Shown: in pieces, positions 47,576 through 56,444 of the stretch
Layout of the letters: each line of letters begins with the position of its first letter
How positions within the stretch are numbered: position 1 is the first letter of the stretch
NCBI GenBank assembly: GCA_021845665.1
Contig: JAJZVO010000014.1
Span: 10,535-74,534 of the forward strand
Length of the DNA stretch: 64,000 nt
Direction of reading: 5' to 3'
Origin: Bacteroidota bacterium
GTDB taxonomy: Bacteria; Bacteroidota; Ignavibacteria; Kryptoniales; JAKASW01
Notes under the pieces: model-generated
The model's input: only the letters and a program-made list of their open reading frames with translations
Database searches by the model: none
Told to the model about the DNA's origin: nothing
Made by a program: the position numbers and the translations under genes

Positions 47576-48392
47576 TCAGGCAGTAAGATTGAGAGAAGTG
47601 GTGAACGCCCAGACAGCTGTGACACAAATCGGAAATCAGCCTCACAAGATCAGCGTGGTAAGCGGAAAAGGAGGAGTCGGGAAAAGCAATATAGCTCTCA
47701 ATCTCGGGATAGCTTTGGCCCGGCACGGCGCGCGCGTTCTGCTGGTCGACGGCAACGTCAACCTTTCGAATCTCGATATCCTGTCAGGTGTCTCTCCGAA
47801 TTTCAGACTCTTCGATGTGATTGAAGGGAAGGTCGGGCTCCGGGAGGCGGTTGCGGAAATTTCTCCGAACGTGTTCCTTTTGGCAGGCATGTCCGACGGG
47901 ACGCTTAAGAAGCTCGGTTCCGGAGATGCGGCGGCTTTCTTCAGGGAAGTGAAGCTCGCTGAGCCGGCATTTCATTACGCAGTAATCGACACTGCCGGCG
48001 GCATAGTGCAGGAGTCCATATCCCTCGCCCTTCTCTCAGACGAAGTCCTTGTGGTCTCTACACCTGAACCTACGGCGGTCATGGATGCTTATGTGCTGGT
48101 CAAGGCGATCAAGAGGATCAATTCGAGTGCCGACCTCAGGCTCCTGATAAACAGGGCGAAGAGCGCAGAAGAGGCGGACGAAGTGAGATCGAAATTCGAC
48201 ATGGTCAGCGAGCATTTTCTCAATCTCAAGATCGATTACGCCGGTTTCATACCTTCTGATGAATCGGTCGAGAAAGCGGTAAGCTTCCAGGTTCCGTTCT
48301 TGAAAGAATTTCCCGATTCGGCGTCATCAAAGGCGCTCGGCTCGATCGCGGAACGCATCCTGGCAAAAGGGTCATTCAGGAAAAAGCCGTGA
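47553..48392 (+). CDS. flhG: MinD/ParA-type ATPase FlhG (FleN/YlxH)
   Basis: Deviant Walker A (VVSGKGGVGKSNIALNLG) and Walker B (AVIDTAGG). Follows flhF. An alternative ATG start lies at 47568. Confidence 0.88.
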   Translation: MESKPMLDQAVRLREVVNAQTAVTQIGNQPHKISVVSGKGGVGKSNIALNLGIALARHGARVLLVDGNVNLSNLDILSGVSPNFRLFDVIEGKVGLREAVAEISPNVFLLAGMSDGTLKKLGSGDAAAFFREVKLAEPAFHYAVIDTAGGIVQESISLALLSDEVLVVSTPEPTAVMDAYVLVKAIKRINSSADLRLLINRAKSAEEADEVRSKFDMVSEHFLNLKIDYAGFIPSDESVEKAVSFQVPFLKEFPDSASSKALGSIAERILAKGSFRKKP

Positions 48393-48661
48393 TGGACAAG
48401 CTTGGAACAAAAATACCGACGCTTGTTTTCTTCCTTGGGGTGGTCTATTTCGCCTCGGACGGGTACGGCGTGGTCGATGCGATAGTAAGGGCTTTCATGG
48501 TTGCGTTCGGTGTCGCCCTGATTATCCTGTTATTCACAATGCTACTGATGTTCTTCCTGACTCTTCAGAAGAACAGATCGGAAACCGTGAAAATACCTGC
48601 GGCAGATCAGCACGTCCAAACTGCACAGCTGCAGAGCAAGAAAGTTGAGATGCAATCATGA
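48389..48661 (+). CDS. Hypothetical 90-aa two-TM membrane protein between flhG and fliA
   Basis: ATGA/ATGA overlaps with both neighbours. Two hydrophobic helices (IPTLVFFLGVVYF; FMVAFGVALIILLFTMLLMFFL) and a polar tail. Confidence 0.55.
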   Translation: MMDKLGTKIPTLVFFLGVVYFASDGYGVVDAIVRAFMVAFGVALIILLFTMLLMFFLTLQKNRSETVKIPAADQHVQTAQLQSKKVEMQS

Positions 48662-49386
48662 CAACTCAAGAACTCTGGGAAAAGTACTCCAGGCGCAAGA
48701 CGGCGGCAGTGAAGAAAGACCTCGTGCTTTCTTACATGAATCTCGTCAAATATGCAGCCCGTGCAATCAACCTTCCGTCGAAGTGTGTGTTCGATACTGA
48801 TGACCTGATGAGCATAGGTATAATCGGGCTCGTCGAGGCGATAGAGAGGTTCGATCCGAAGCGTGGAGTCAAGTTCGAAACGTTTGCGTCCCAGAGAATT
48901 CGGGGTGTCATGCTGGACGAGATCAGGAAAGTTGACTGGCTTCCGAGGTCCGTCCGCGACAAATACAAGAAAGCATTCAAATCGCTTAGCGAGCTCGATA
49001 TGGACAGCGTCAACGGCGAGAAATACGCCCGGGCGATAAACATGAGCATTAGCGAATTTGAGCAGATCAAGGGCTACCTGGCCAATGCAGAAGCGGTTTC
49101 ACTTACCAGGGTGATCGGCGAAGACATGACGCTGGAAGACGTGATAGGAAGCGACAGCGAGGTCATCGAGCAGTTCGAAGATGAGGAATTGAAGGAACAT
49201 CTGGTGAAAAGTCTGAAACAGCTGGCCGATAGGGAACGCATGGTGGTTACTCTTTACTATTACGAGGAACTCACTTTCAAAGAAATCGGAAAAGTCCTTG
49301 GGATCAGCGAATCGCGCGTGTCCCAAATACACTCGGAAGTGATATCGAAATTGAAAGAGCAGTTTAGAAAGGTTGTTGAACTATGA
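48658..49386 (+). CDS. fliA: Flagellar sigma factor FliA (sigma-28)
   Basis: Region 2 (LMSIGIIGLVEAIERFDP..GVKFETFASQRIRGVMLDEIRK), region 3, and region 4.2 (RERMVVTLYYYEELTFKEIGKVLGISESRVSQIHSEVISKLK). Confidence 0.92.
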   Translation: MTTQELWEKYSRRKTAAVKKDLVLSYMNLVKYAARAINLPSKCVFDTDDLMSIGIIGLVEAIERFDPKRGVKFETFASQRIRGVMLDEIRKVDWLPRSVRDKYKKAFKSLSELDMDSVNGEKYARAINMSISEFEQIKGYLANAEAVSLTRVIGEDMTLEDVIGSDSEVIEQFEDEELKEHLVKSLKQLADRERMVVTLYYYEELTFKEIGKVLGISESRVSQIHSEVISKLKEQFRKVVEL

Positions 49387-50549
49387 TAGGGGTTGGACAA
49401 TTGACTGACAAGTTATCGACGATAAAAGATTTGCCGACATTTCCGACGACCGCGTTGGAAGTCATGCGGCTTGCCAGTGACTCCGACAGCAGTGCCGCCG
49501 AGCTGGCGAGGATAATATCGAGAGACCCTTCGCTCGCGACCAAGATACTCCGGGTCGCCAATTCACCCTATTACGGCTTCGTCAGAAAGATTTCGACGAT
49601 CGAATGGGCAATCGTGGCGCTCGGGTTCGAGACTCTCAGGGAGACCATCCTTTCTCTCACGGTCATCGACTTGTTTAAGGGCGGTCCGACGAAGGATTTT
49701 GACCCGCGTAAATTCTGGAAGCATGCTGTCGATACCGCCTCTGCCGCGAGGACTCTCGCACGTGAGGCGAAATACAGGATCCCGGGCGAAGCGTACGCAT
49801 CGGGTTTGCTCCACGACGTAGGAACGCTCGTGCTTTACAGATATTTCCAGGAAGATTTCGCTGAAATCTTAAAACTTGTGAATGAAGAAAGCGTGCAACT
49901 TTCCCAGGCAGAAGTCGTGGTCACGGGGACGACGCACGGTGAAATCGGCGCGTGGCTCGCCGCCAAATGGGGTTTTCCACCCTACCTGGTCGAGGCAATC
50001 AAATTCCATCACTCACCTGCGTTTTCGGAAGTGAATCCTGAGCTGACTTCGATCGTCCACGCAGCAAGTCTCATAGCCTCTTCGGTGGGTTACTCCTGCG
50101 CGGATCAACCGGTGAGGTTCGATACCATGGCGATAAAGTATCTGGGGATAGAACGACTTGCCCCTCCGATGAGAGTTCTCGCCTCAAAATATATCAATGA
50201 CGATAACACGAGTCTCATAAAGATCCGCGTTCCGGTGACGGATTACGCTCCGGGAAACGAACCCGATATTCCCACGGCTGAGCCGGATGATGAACCTGGA
50301 GACGAAGTGGATGATGGCACTCTGAAGAGATTCTTCAAAGATGCAATAAAGCTGCTTCCCTCCACTGAAAGACTCGTTTTGACTCTCAAGCTATACGAGG
50401 GGCTTGAACTAAGGCAGGTAGCGACCGTGCTCGGCTACGAGGAAGCAAAGGTCGCGGAGTATTACAAAAACGCAATATCCGCACTCCAGCAGATGGCTGA
50501 GCGCGCGATACTAACGAATAGGTTGAACCAATGGAAAATGAGATTCTAA
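49383..50549 (+). CDS. HDOD-domain protein fused to a C-terminal sigma-70 region-4-like HTH domain
   Basis: HDOD covers aa ~15-235 (LPTFPTTALEVMRLASD..., ILRVANSPYYGF, GLLHDVGTLVL, THGEIGAWLAAKWGFP, AIKFHH). An acidic linker follows (PDIPTAEPDDEPGDEVDD). Then LPSTERLVLTLKLYEGLELRQVATVLGYEEAKVAEYYKNAISALQQ, which parallels FliA region 4.2 in the preceding gene. Confidence 0.8.
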   Translation: MIGVGQLTDKLSTIKDLPTFPTTALEVMRLASDSDSSAAELARIISRDPSLATKILRVANSPYYGFVRKISTIEWAIVALGFETLRETILSLTVIDLFKGGPTKDFDPRKFWKHAVDTASAARTLAREAKYRIPGEAYASGLLHDVGTLVLYRYFQEDFAEILKLVNEESVQLSQAEVVVTGTTHGEIGAWLAAKWGFPPYLVEAIKFHHSPAFSEVNPELTSIVHAASLIASSVGYSCADQPVRFDTMAIKYLGIERLAPPMRVLASKYINDDNTSLIKIRVPVTDYAPGNEPDIPTAEPDDEPGDEVDDGTLKRFFKDAIKLLPSTERLVLTLKLYEGLELRQVATVLGYEEAKVAEYYKNAISALQQMAERAILTNRLNQWKMRF

Positions 50550-51391
50550 AGGAAAAAGTACAAAACATTATTCAGCTTCCCGCACTTCCCACAATTGCGG
50601 TAGAGGTTGCTTCTCTCATTGACAATCCGAACACGAGTGTCTCCAAGCTCACAAGTGTCATTTCTGCCGACCAGGTTCTGACTGCCAAGGTCCTTAAGAT
50701 AGCAAACTCGCCGTTTTACGGATTTCAAAGGAAAATATCGACGCTCGATTTCGCTATCATGGTTCTCGGCTTCGATTCACTGAAGGAAATCCTCATCAGC
50801 ATTTCGCTGATAAGCGCCTTCAAGAAGAAGCAGGATAAGTATTTTAATTCGAAAGAATTCTGGGAGCATTCGCTGGCAACAGGCATTGCCGCTCGTACTC
50901 TTGCCAGGCAACTCGGCTACCGGATAAGCGGTGAGTCGTTCGTGGCAGGGCTTATCCACGACATCGGTATCCTGGTGACACATCAGTATTTCCACGAGGA
51001 TTATAAACATATCGTGGATGCAGTCACCGGCGGGAGGGCTTCCTTCCAGGATATGGAAGAGACGGTACTATTTGCCACACATGGTGACATCGGGGCGTGG
51101 CTCGCCGAACGATGGAACCTGCCCGAGCAACTGATCGAAGCCATCAAATACCATCACAAGCCGGGACTTGCCGAAAGGAATCCTCAGCTGACCGCATTGA
51201 TTCATTTTGTCGATTATCTCTGCCATAAACTCGGCATTGGAGCGCTCTCGTACGAGAAGGTCCAGGCATACGATCCCGAATCGTTGAGGATTCTCAATAT
51301 TTCCGAAGCCGAAATAACCGAGGCGTTTTACGAGTCCTTCGGTTCGAAACTTCGCGAAGATCTTGAGCGGACTTTCGTGAATATCATCTGA
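50531..51391 (+). CDS. HDOD-domain protein (stand-alone paralogue)
   Basis: LPALPTIAVEVASLIDN..., VLKIANSPFYGF, GLIHDIGILVT, THGDIGAWLAERWNLP, AIKYHH. Confidence 0.85.
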   Translation: MENEILKEKVQNIIQLPALPTIAVEVASLIDNPNTSVSKLTSVISADQVLTAKVLKIANSPFYGFQRKISTLDFAIMVLGFDSLKEILISISLISAFKKKQDKYFNSKEFWEHSLATGIAARTLARQLGYRISGESFVAGLIHDIGILVTHQYFHEDYKHIVDAVTGGRASFQDMEETVLFATHGDIGAWLAERWNLPEQLIEAIKYHHKPGLAERNPQLTALIHFVDYLCHKLGIGALSYEKVQAYDPESLRILNISEAEITEAFYESFGSKLREDLERTFVNII

Positions 51392-51412
51392 TCTGTTTAC
51401 CCGGAGATAAAA

Positions 51413-52822
51413 ATGAAAAATGAAGAGATAGAAGAGAACAATATTAAGATGGGGAGCACAAAACCGCAGTCCCATGCCGTGGCTGAAAGTATTGAACGAT
51501 TCATGGAGACCCGCGAATCGTACATACATGCGCTCGAAAGCACCGTCCAATTGTTCAAGATGAAACTGGAGTTCCATGAGAAAACCGAAACAGACATCAA
51601 GCAATCGCTGGACGAGGTGTTTGCGATGCAAAGACTTGCAAACACAATAAGTACTGCCACCGATCCGGTCTCCGTCTTAGATTCTCTCCTTGAACTTACA
51701 CGGCAAGTGGTCCCGGTTGAAGAGAGCATGATATTCGAAATGGGAGCCTCAAGGTCCCAGACTAAACCTTTTCTTTCCACATGCTCGGACTATATGCTCA
51801 AAGCTTCACAGCACCTCCTTGAAGAAGGCATTCTCGATTGGGTCATAGAGCAGAAGAAGACAACGGTGGTCCCGGATCTGAATGCCTCGATGGCGGAGGC
51901 CGGGCAGAGAAACTTCGTGGTCGTTCCTCTCACGCTCCGCAACGAAGCCATCGGAGTATATATCATACGCACCGGCAGCGTTCGGAAGGCTTTCACCGAC
52001 CACGAGCTGATGTTGCTTGGAATTCTCTCGAACCAGGCGGCCGTCGCAATCGAGAATCTTCACAACATAAGGAAACTTCTGGACGCGACCGAGGAGCTGA
52101 AAAAATCGCAGTCCCAGATGCTTCAGGCCGCTAAACTTGCATCACTCGGAGAACTGGCAGGTGGCATCGCTCACGAAATCAACAACCCTCTGCAAATACT
52201 CCTCGGCCATATCGCTCTCCTTCAGCAGGGAAAAGATGTCGAACACAGGATCGAGATAATCAGGAACCAGGTGCAGAGAATCTCCCAGATTACCCGCCAG
52301 CTTGTCTCATTCTCCAGAAGCGTGCCCGACGAACTGAATCACGAATTGGTAAACATCAATTGGGCCTTAAATGAAATCATCGCTCTCGTGGACTACCAGT
52401 TCAAGAACCGCGGCATCGAGTTCGATCTGCGTCTTTCGGAAGGAATTCCTCCTCTCGACTCGAATAAGAACTACATGCAGCAGGCTTTCCTAAATCTTCT
52501 GATAAATGCGAAAGACGCGATGCCTAACGGAGGAAAGTTGATCATTTCGACGGAGTTTGTAAATGGTAAGCTAAACATACGCTTCACCGATTCAGGATCC
52601 GGCATAAAAAAAGAAAATCTCGTCAAGATATTCGAACCGTTCTTCACCACGAAGGAACCTGGAAAAGGCACGGGGCTCGGCCTTCCCATCACTAGAGGGA
52701 TCGTAAGGAAATTCGGCGGCGACATCAAAGTTGACAGCACCGAAGGCCAGGGCACCACTCTTTCAATCATAATCCCGGTCAACAGAACCGGCGGCCCGAT
52801 CAGCGGAGGTAATATTCAATGA
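51413..52822 (+). CDS. Cytoplasmic GAF-domain sensor histidine kinase (orphan)
   Basis: GAF-like region (VLDSLLELTRQVVPVEESMIFEM..., NFVVVPLTLRNEAIGVYII), H-box (GIAHEINNPLQ), N box (LLINAKDAM), G boxes (DSGSGI; [10 protein letters not shown]). No TM helix. Confidence 0.85.
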   Translation: MKNEEIEENNIKMGSTKPQSHAVAESIERFMETRESYIHALESTVQLFKMKLEFHEKTETDIKQSLDEVFAMQRLANTISTATDPVSVLDSLLELTRQVVPVEESMIFEMGASRSQTKPFLSTCSDYMLKASQHLLEEGILDWVIEQKKTTVVPDLNASMAEAGQRNFVVVPLTLRNEAIGVYIIRTGSVRKAFTDHELMLLGILSNQAAVAIENLHNIRKLLDATEELKKSQSQMLQAAKLASLGELAGGIAHEINNPLQILLGHIALLQQGKDVEHRIEIIRNQVQRISQITRQLVSFSRSVPDELNHELVNINWALNEIIALVDYQFKNRGIEFDLRLSEGIPPLDSNKNYMQQAFLNLLINAKDAMPNGGKLIISTEFVNGKLNIRFTDSGSGIKKENLVKIFEPFFTTKEPGKGTGLGLPITRGIVRKFGGDIKVDSTEGQGTTLSIIIPVNRTGGPISGGNIQ

Positions 52823-53493
52823 CAGAAATCTTATTGATGCTTCTAACGCCCGACACTGCAGCGGTAAATATCAGTGCCCTTGTCACGCGGGATATGGACC
52901 GGGCGGCAATCAAAGCGGCGGAGGCCGCTTATAGAAGGCCCCCCCAGGGATTTTTCGGGATATCCGATTTCGTGCTTCTTCTCGAGCTCGCAATGATTCT
53001 CGCCATGGCCGCTCTTCTGGTAGCTCTGGTTGTACGCTCCAGGCGAATCGCGCGTGAACAGAGCGAGAGGGCGATCCGTGCGCAGCGGATGGGCGTCAAA
53101 CGTCCGCCGGCCATCACTAAAGCGGAAATCGAGAGGATACTTGAGCAGATTGCCGTCGATAAGGCGAAGAACGTCGACTCGTTGGTCGGCGGCTACTACA
53201 TCGATAACAACGGCCGGCTCGATTCCAGGGCTGCCGTCCACGAAATGGCAAGGGAGCATGGAATGGAATCGGAACGGCTGAACTTCGCCATCTCCTATGC
53301 TTCTCAATCAGCAAGGCAGACAGGCGCCAAGTTCAAAGAAGCATTTTCGCTCGTCAGCGAAGAATCAGACCTGAATGTCTTGGCGCGCCAACTCAACATG
53401 GGAAAGGGAGAACTCGAACTTATCCTCGCGCTGAAGAGGAGTAAGATTGCCAATTCAAGAAATGTTGCGGATAAAGGCAAAGGGAGAAAATAA
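52819..53493 (+). CDS. Hypothetical single-pass membrane protein
   Basis: One TM helix (FVLLLELAMILAMAALLVALVV) followed by a basic/helical ~140-aa C-terminal part. Translationally coupled to the kinase gene (ATGA) and to flgF (TAATG). Confidence 0.5.
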   Translation: MTEILLMLLTPDTAAVNISALVTRDMDRAAIKAAEAAYRRPPQGFFGISDFVLLLELAMILAMAALLVALVVRSRRIAREQSERAIRAQRMGVKRPPAITKAEIERILEQIAVDKAKNVDSLVGGYYIDNNGRLDSRAAVHEMAREHGMESERLNFAISYASQSARQTGAKFKEAFSLVSEESDLNVLARQLNMGKGELELILALKRSKIANSRNVADKGKGRK

Positions 53494-54248
53494 TGATCAA
53501 AGGAATCTATACAAGCGCACTCGGTCTAATACCGCTGCAGAAGAAACTCGAGGTCATCGCAAACAATCTCGCCAATGTCGATACGACTGCATTCAAGCGG
53601 GACGACTCTTTTGCGAACGAACTGATATCAGCCAATACTCTTGTAAATAGCGGGAGCGTGGATCCGACTCAGAATGATGTGAGCGAACAGACGTTTACGG
53701 ATTTCTCGCAGGGTCCACTGCAGCAAACCAGTAATCCTCTCGACGTCGCCTTAGACGGAAAAGGTTTTTTTGTCGTTCAAAACAAGAACGGCAGCACCAA
53801 CCTCACTCGCGACGGATCGTTCACTCTTTCGAGCGACGGGACCCTGGTAACCCGTAGCGGTGCAGCCGTTCTGGGAGCAGATGGACCGATACGCGTAGGA
53901 GATATACAGCACATACAATCCAGCAACCTTGTGATCGACAGGTACGGCGTCGTAAAGGCTGGCAAAGAAATCTACGGTCAGTTGAGAGTGGTGATGCCAT
54001 CTTCTTATGACGAGATTGCGAAGGCGGGCGGGAATCTCTATTCGCTCAAACAGGGTGCCCAGCTCCAGGATGTCAATCCGTCCGCTGTGACGATCAGGCA
54101 GGGTTATCTTGAAGGCTCCAACGTCAATCCAATCGAGGAGATGGTGGCCATGATTCAGATCCAGCAGGATTTCGAAGCCGGCCAAAAAGCCATACAGAGC
54201 CAGAACAGCACACTCTCGGAAGCGAATCAGGTCGGACAGGTGGCTTGA
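53493..54248 (+). CDS. flgF: Flagellar proximal rod protein FlgF
   Basis: MIKGIYTSALGL...IANNLANVDTTAFKR N-terminus and a rod-protein C-terminus (GYLEGSNVNPIEEMVAMIQIQQDFEAGQKAI). Confidence 0.85.
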   Translation: MIKGIYTSALGLIPLQKKLEVIANNLANVDTTAFKRDDSFANELISANTLVNSGSVDPTQNDVSEQTFTDFSQGPLQQTSNPLDVALDGKGFFVVQNKNGSTNLTRDGSFTLSSDGTLVTRSGAAVLGADGPIRVGDIQHIQSSNLVIDRYGVVKAGKEIYGQLRVVMPSSYDEIAKAGGNLYSLKQGAQLQDVNPSAVTIRQGYLEGSNVNPIEEMVAMIQIQQDFEAGQKAIQSQNSTLSEANQVGQVA

Positions 54249-54297
54249 TCCGATGACAACGATTTCTAAAACAAGCAATCTATAATCGGAGGAAAAC

Positions 54298-55086
54298 ATG
54301 GACAGAGCGTTGAAGACAGCTGCAACCGGAATGTATGCGCAGCAACTCAATGTGGATGCGATAGCGAACAATCTGGCAAACGTGAACACAACGTCGTTTA
54401 AATCGACAAGGGTTGAGTTTCAGGACCTGATGTATCAGACGATCCGCGCTACGGGAGTGCCCGATCAATTGGGCACATATGGCACGCAGGAATTGCAGGT
54501 CGGCGATGGTACAGTACCGTCCTCCACTACACGAAACTTCAGCCAGGGAGATCTGACGCCGACCCAGAACCAACTCGATTTCGGAATCCAGGGAGACGGC
54601 TTCTTCGAGATCCGCATGCCCGACGGTACCGAAGCATATACGCGCGATGGCTCTTTCAAAATATCGGCCAATGGAAACCTGGTCACATCGAACGGAAATC
54701 TTGTCGAGCCCGGCATCACTATACCGGAAAACACGACCAGCCTGTCGGTGGGCCCTGACGGAACCATGCAGGCTACTGTCTCGGGTCAAACGAATCCTGT
54801 GACACTCGGCCAGCTTCAACTCGCAAAATTCATCAATCCAGACGGACTCCAGGCTCTTGGGAACAACCTTTATCAGGAGACCGTCACATCCGGCACTCCA
54901 ATTCTCGGGAATGCAAACACGACCGGCTTCGGTACCGTTCAGCAGGGCTACCTGGAAGCCTCCAACGTTTCGATCGTTAACCAGATGGTGAAAATGATCG
55001 AGGCGGAGAGGGCCTATGAGCTTAACTCGAAGGCGGTCCAGACTGCCGATTCGATGATGCAGGTTGCGAATAACCTTGTACAGTAG
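54298..55086 (+). CDS. flgG: Flagellar distal rod protein FlgG
   Basis: RALKTAATGMYAQQLNVDAIANNLANVNTTSFK and the C-terminal GYLEASNVSIVNQMVKMIEAERAYELNSKAVQTAD. Confidence 0.92.
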   Translation: MDRALKTAATGMYAQQLNVDAIANNLANVNTTSFKSTRVEFQDLMYQTIRATGVPDQLGTYGTQELQVGDGTVPSSTTRNFSQGDLTPTQNQLDFGIQGDGFFEIRMPDGTEAYTRDGSFKISANGNLVTSNGNLVEPGITIPENTTSLSVGPDGTMQATVSGQTNPVTLGQLQLAKFINPDGLQALGNNLYQETVTSGTPILGNANTTGFGTVQQGYLEASNVSIVNQMVKMIEAERAYELNSKAVQTADSMMQVANNLVQ

Positions 55087-55097
55087 GAGATAACAGA

Positions 55098-55808
55098 ATG
55101 AAACGCGTTGCCTCTTCGGGAAAAATTCTATTCTTATCGTTGACAATCGCTGCGAGCGGGGCTTTTGCGCAGACCGTGAGCGGGTCGGCGGTGCGCGATG
55201 TCATCGCCTCATACATAAAGAATACGCTCCCGCATTCACTGGAGACTTCTATCGAGTTCGAAGACCTCAGACCGAGCTATAACGTCGGCTACAAGAAATG
55301 CAGGCTGGTCGTATCATCTGTGAACTCCGTGAGGATGAAGGGACTCGTGACTTTCCTCGTGAGGGCTCACGCGATCGGCCTGGAAAAAGGCTTTACCCAG
55401 GTAATCCCTGTAACAGTGAAGATCAGAACATTCCAGAAGGTACTCGTCTCGACTCAGACCATAGACCCGCGCAGCGTAATAAGCCGGGACGAAGTAACCA
55501 CTGTGAGAACCGAAACGACTGATATCAATAATCCCGTCTCCAGCCTTGGCCAGCTCGAAGGGAAGTGGACGACACAATGGATACAGAGCGGGAAGCCTTT
55601 GACCTTCAGTATGTTCGCGCGTAAGCCGCTGATCAAGCAAGGAGAGGCAGTCACGATAATTTACAAGACGAAGAACATCACCGTAAGCGATGAGGGAAGT
55701 GCGCTGGAGGACGGGAGATTGGGCGATGTTATAAACGTCGCCAACGAATACAGGCAAAGCCTTCGTGCCAAAGTCATCGGCAAAGGCGAGGTCCTTTTGG
55801 TGAATTAG
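55098..55808 (+). CDS. flgA: Flagellar P-ring assembly chaperone FlgA
   Basis: Signal peptide, and a SAF-like C-terminal part (KPLIKQGEAVTIIYKTKNITVSDEGSALEDGRLGDVINVAN...RAKVIGKGEVLLV). Confidence 0.85.
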   Translation: MKRVASSGKILFLSLTIAASGAFAQTVSGSAVRDVIASYIKNTLPHSLETSIEFEDLRPSYNVGYKKCRLVVSSVNSVRMKGLVTFLVRAHAIGLEKGFTQVIPVTVKIRTFQKVLVSTQTIDPRSVISRDEVTTVRTETTDINNPVSSLGQLEGKWTTQWIQSGKPLTFSMFARKPLIKQGEAVTIIYKTKNITVSDEGSALEDGRLGDVINVANEYRQSLRAKVIGKGEVLLVN

Positions 55809-55827
55809 AAGTTTTGGAGGATGAAAT

Positions 55828-56436
55828 ATGAACAACGAATCGAATAAACATATGAATGGCAGGGTTGAGATAATCAGAATTGTAACGCTGGCGCTCCTGC
55901 TTGCCGGTACGTCGTATGGACAGGTCATGCGCAATCCGACGAGATCCTTGTTTTCAGATTATAAGGCAGCGAAAGTCGGCGACGCAGTCACCGTAATCAT
56001 AACAGAACAGAGCTCCGCATCGAAAGATCAATCTACGAACACAAGCAGGGCAAGCAACGTCGGCCTTACAGGTGCTCTCTCGGTCGGGAACGCGACCGGG
56101 CCGTCAGGCAGCGGTTCCCTAGGTACAACCAACGATTTTAAGGGAAGCGGCTCGACGAGCGAAGCCGGCAGCGTCCAGGCTACTGTCAGCGCGCAGGTCG
56201 TCAAAGTGGACCAGTACGGCAACCTCGTAATCAGGGGAAGCAGGGATATATCGATCAATGGACAGGACCAAATCATAAAGATCAGCGGCATCATTCGCCC
56301 GTCCGATATTCTTCCGGACAACACGATTTACTCGTCGCAGATATCGGATGCAAAGATCGTGTTTGAAGGATCCGGTTCCGTCAACTCGGCGCAAAATCCG
56401 AGCTGGCTTATGGCAATTTTCCACTGGCTCTTCTGA
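55828..56436 (+). CDS. flgH: Flagellar L-ring protein FlgH
   Basis: SLFSDYKAAKVGDAVTVIITEQSSASKD motif and GNLVIRGSRDISINGQDQIIKISGIIRPSDI. Confidence 0.9.
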   Translation: MNNESNKHMNGRVEIIRIVTLALLLAGTSYGQVMRNPTRSLFSDYKAAKVGDAVTVIITEQSSASKDQSTNTSRASNVGLTGALSVGNATGPSGSGSLGTTNDFKGSGSTSEAGSVQATVSAQVVKVDQYGNLVIRGSRDISINGQDQIIKISGIIRPSDILPDNTIYSSQISDAKIVFEGSGSVNSAQNPSWLMAIFHWLF

Positions 56437-56444
56437 GGTAAGCG

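Noticed and set aside
54480-54496. TGGCACG...TTGC inside flgG resembling a sigma-54 promoter
   Set aside because: The spacer between TGGCACG and TTGC is 6 nt instead of 4. This breaks the invariant GG-N10-GC spacing, and the site is inside a coding region.
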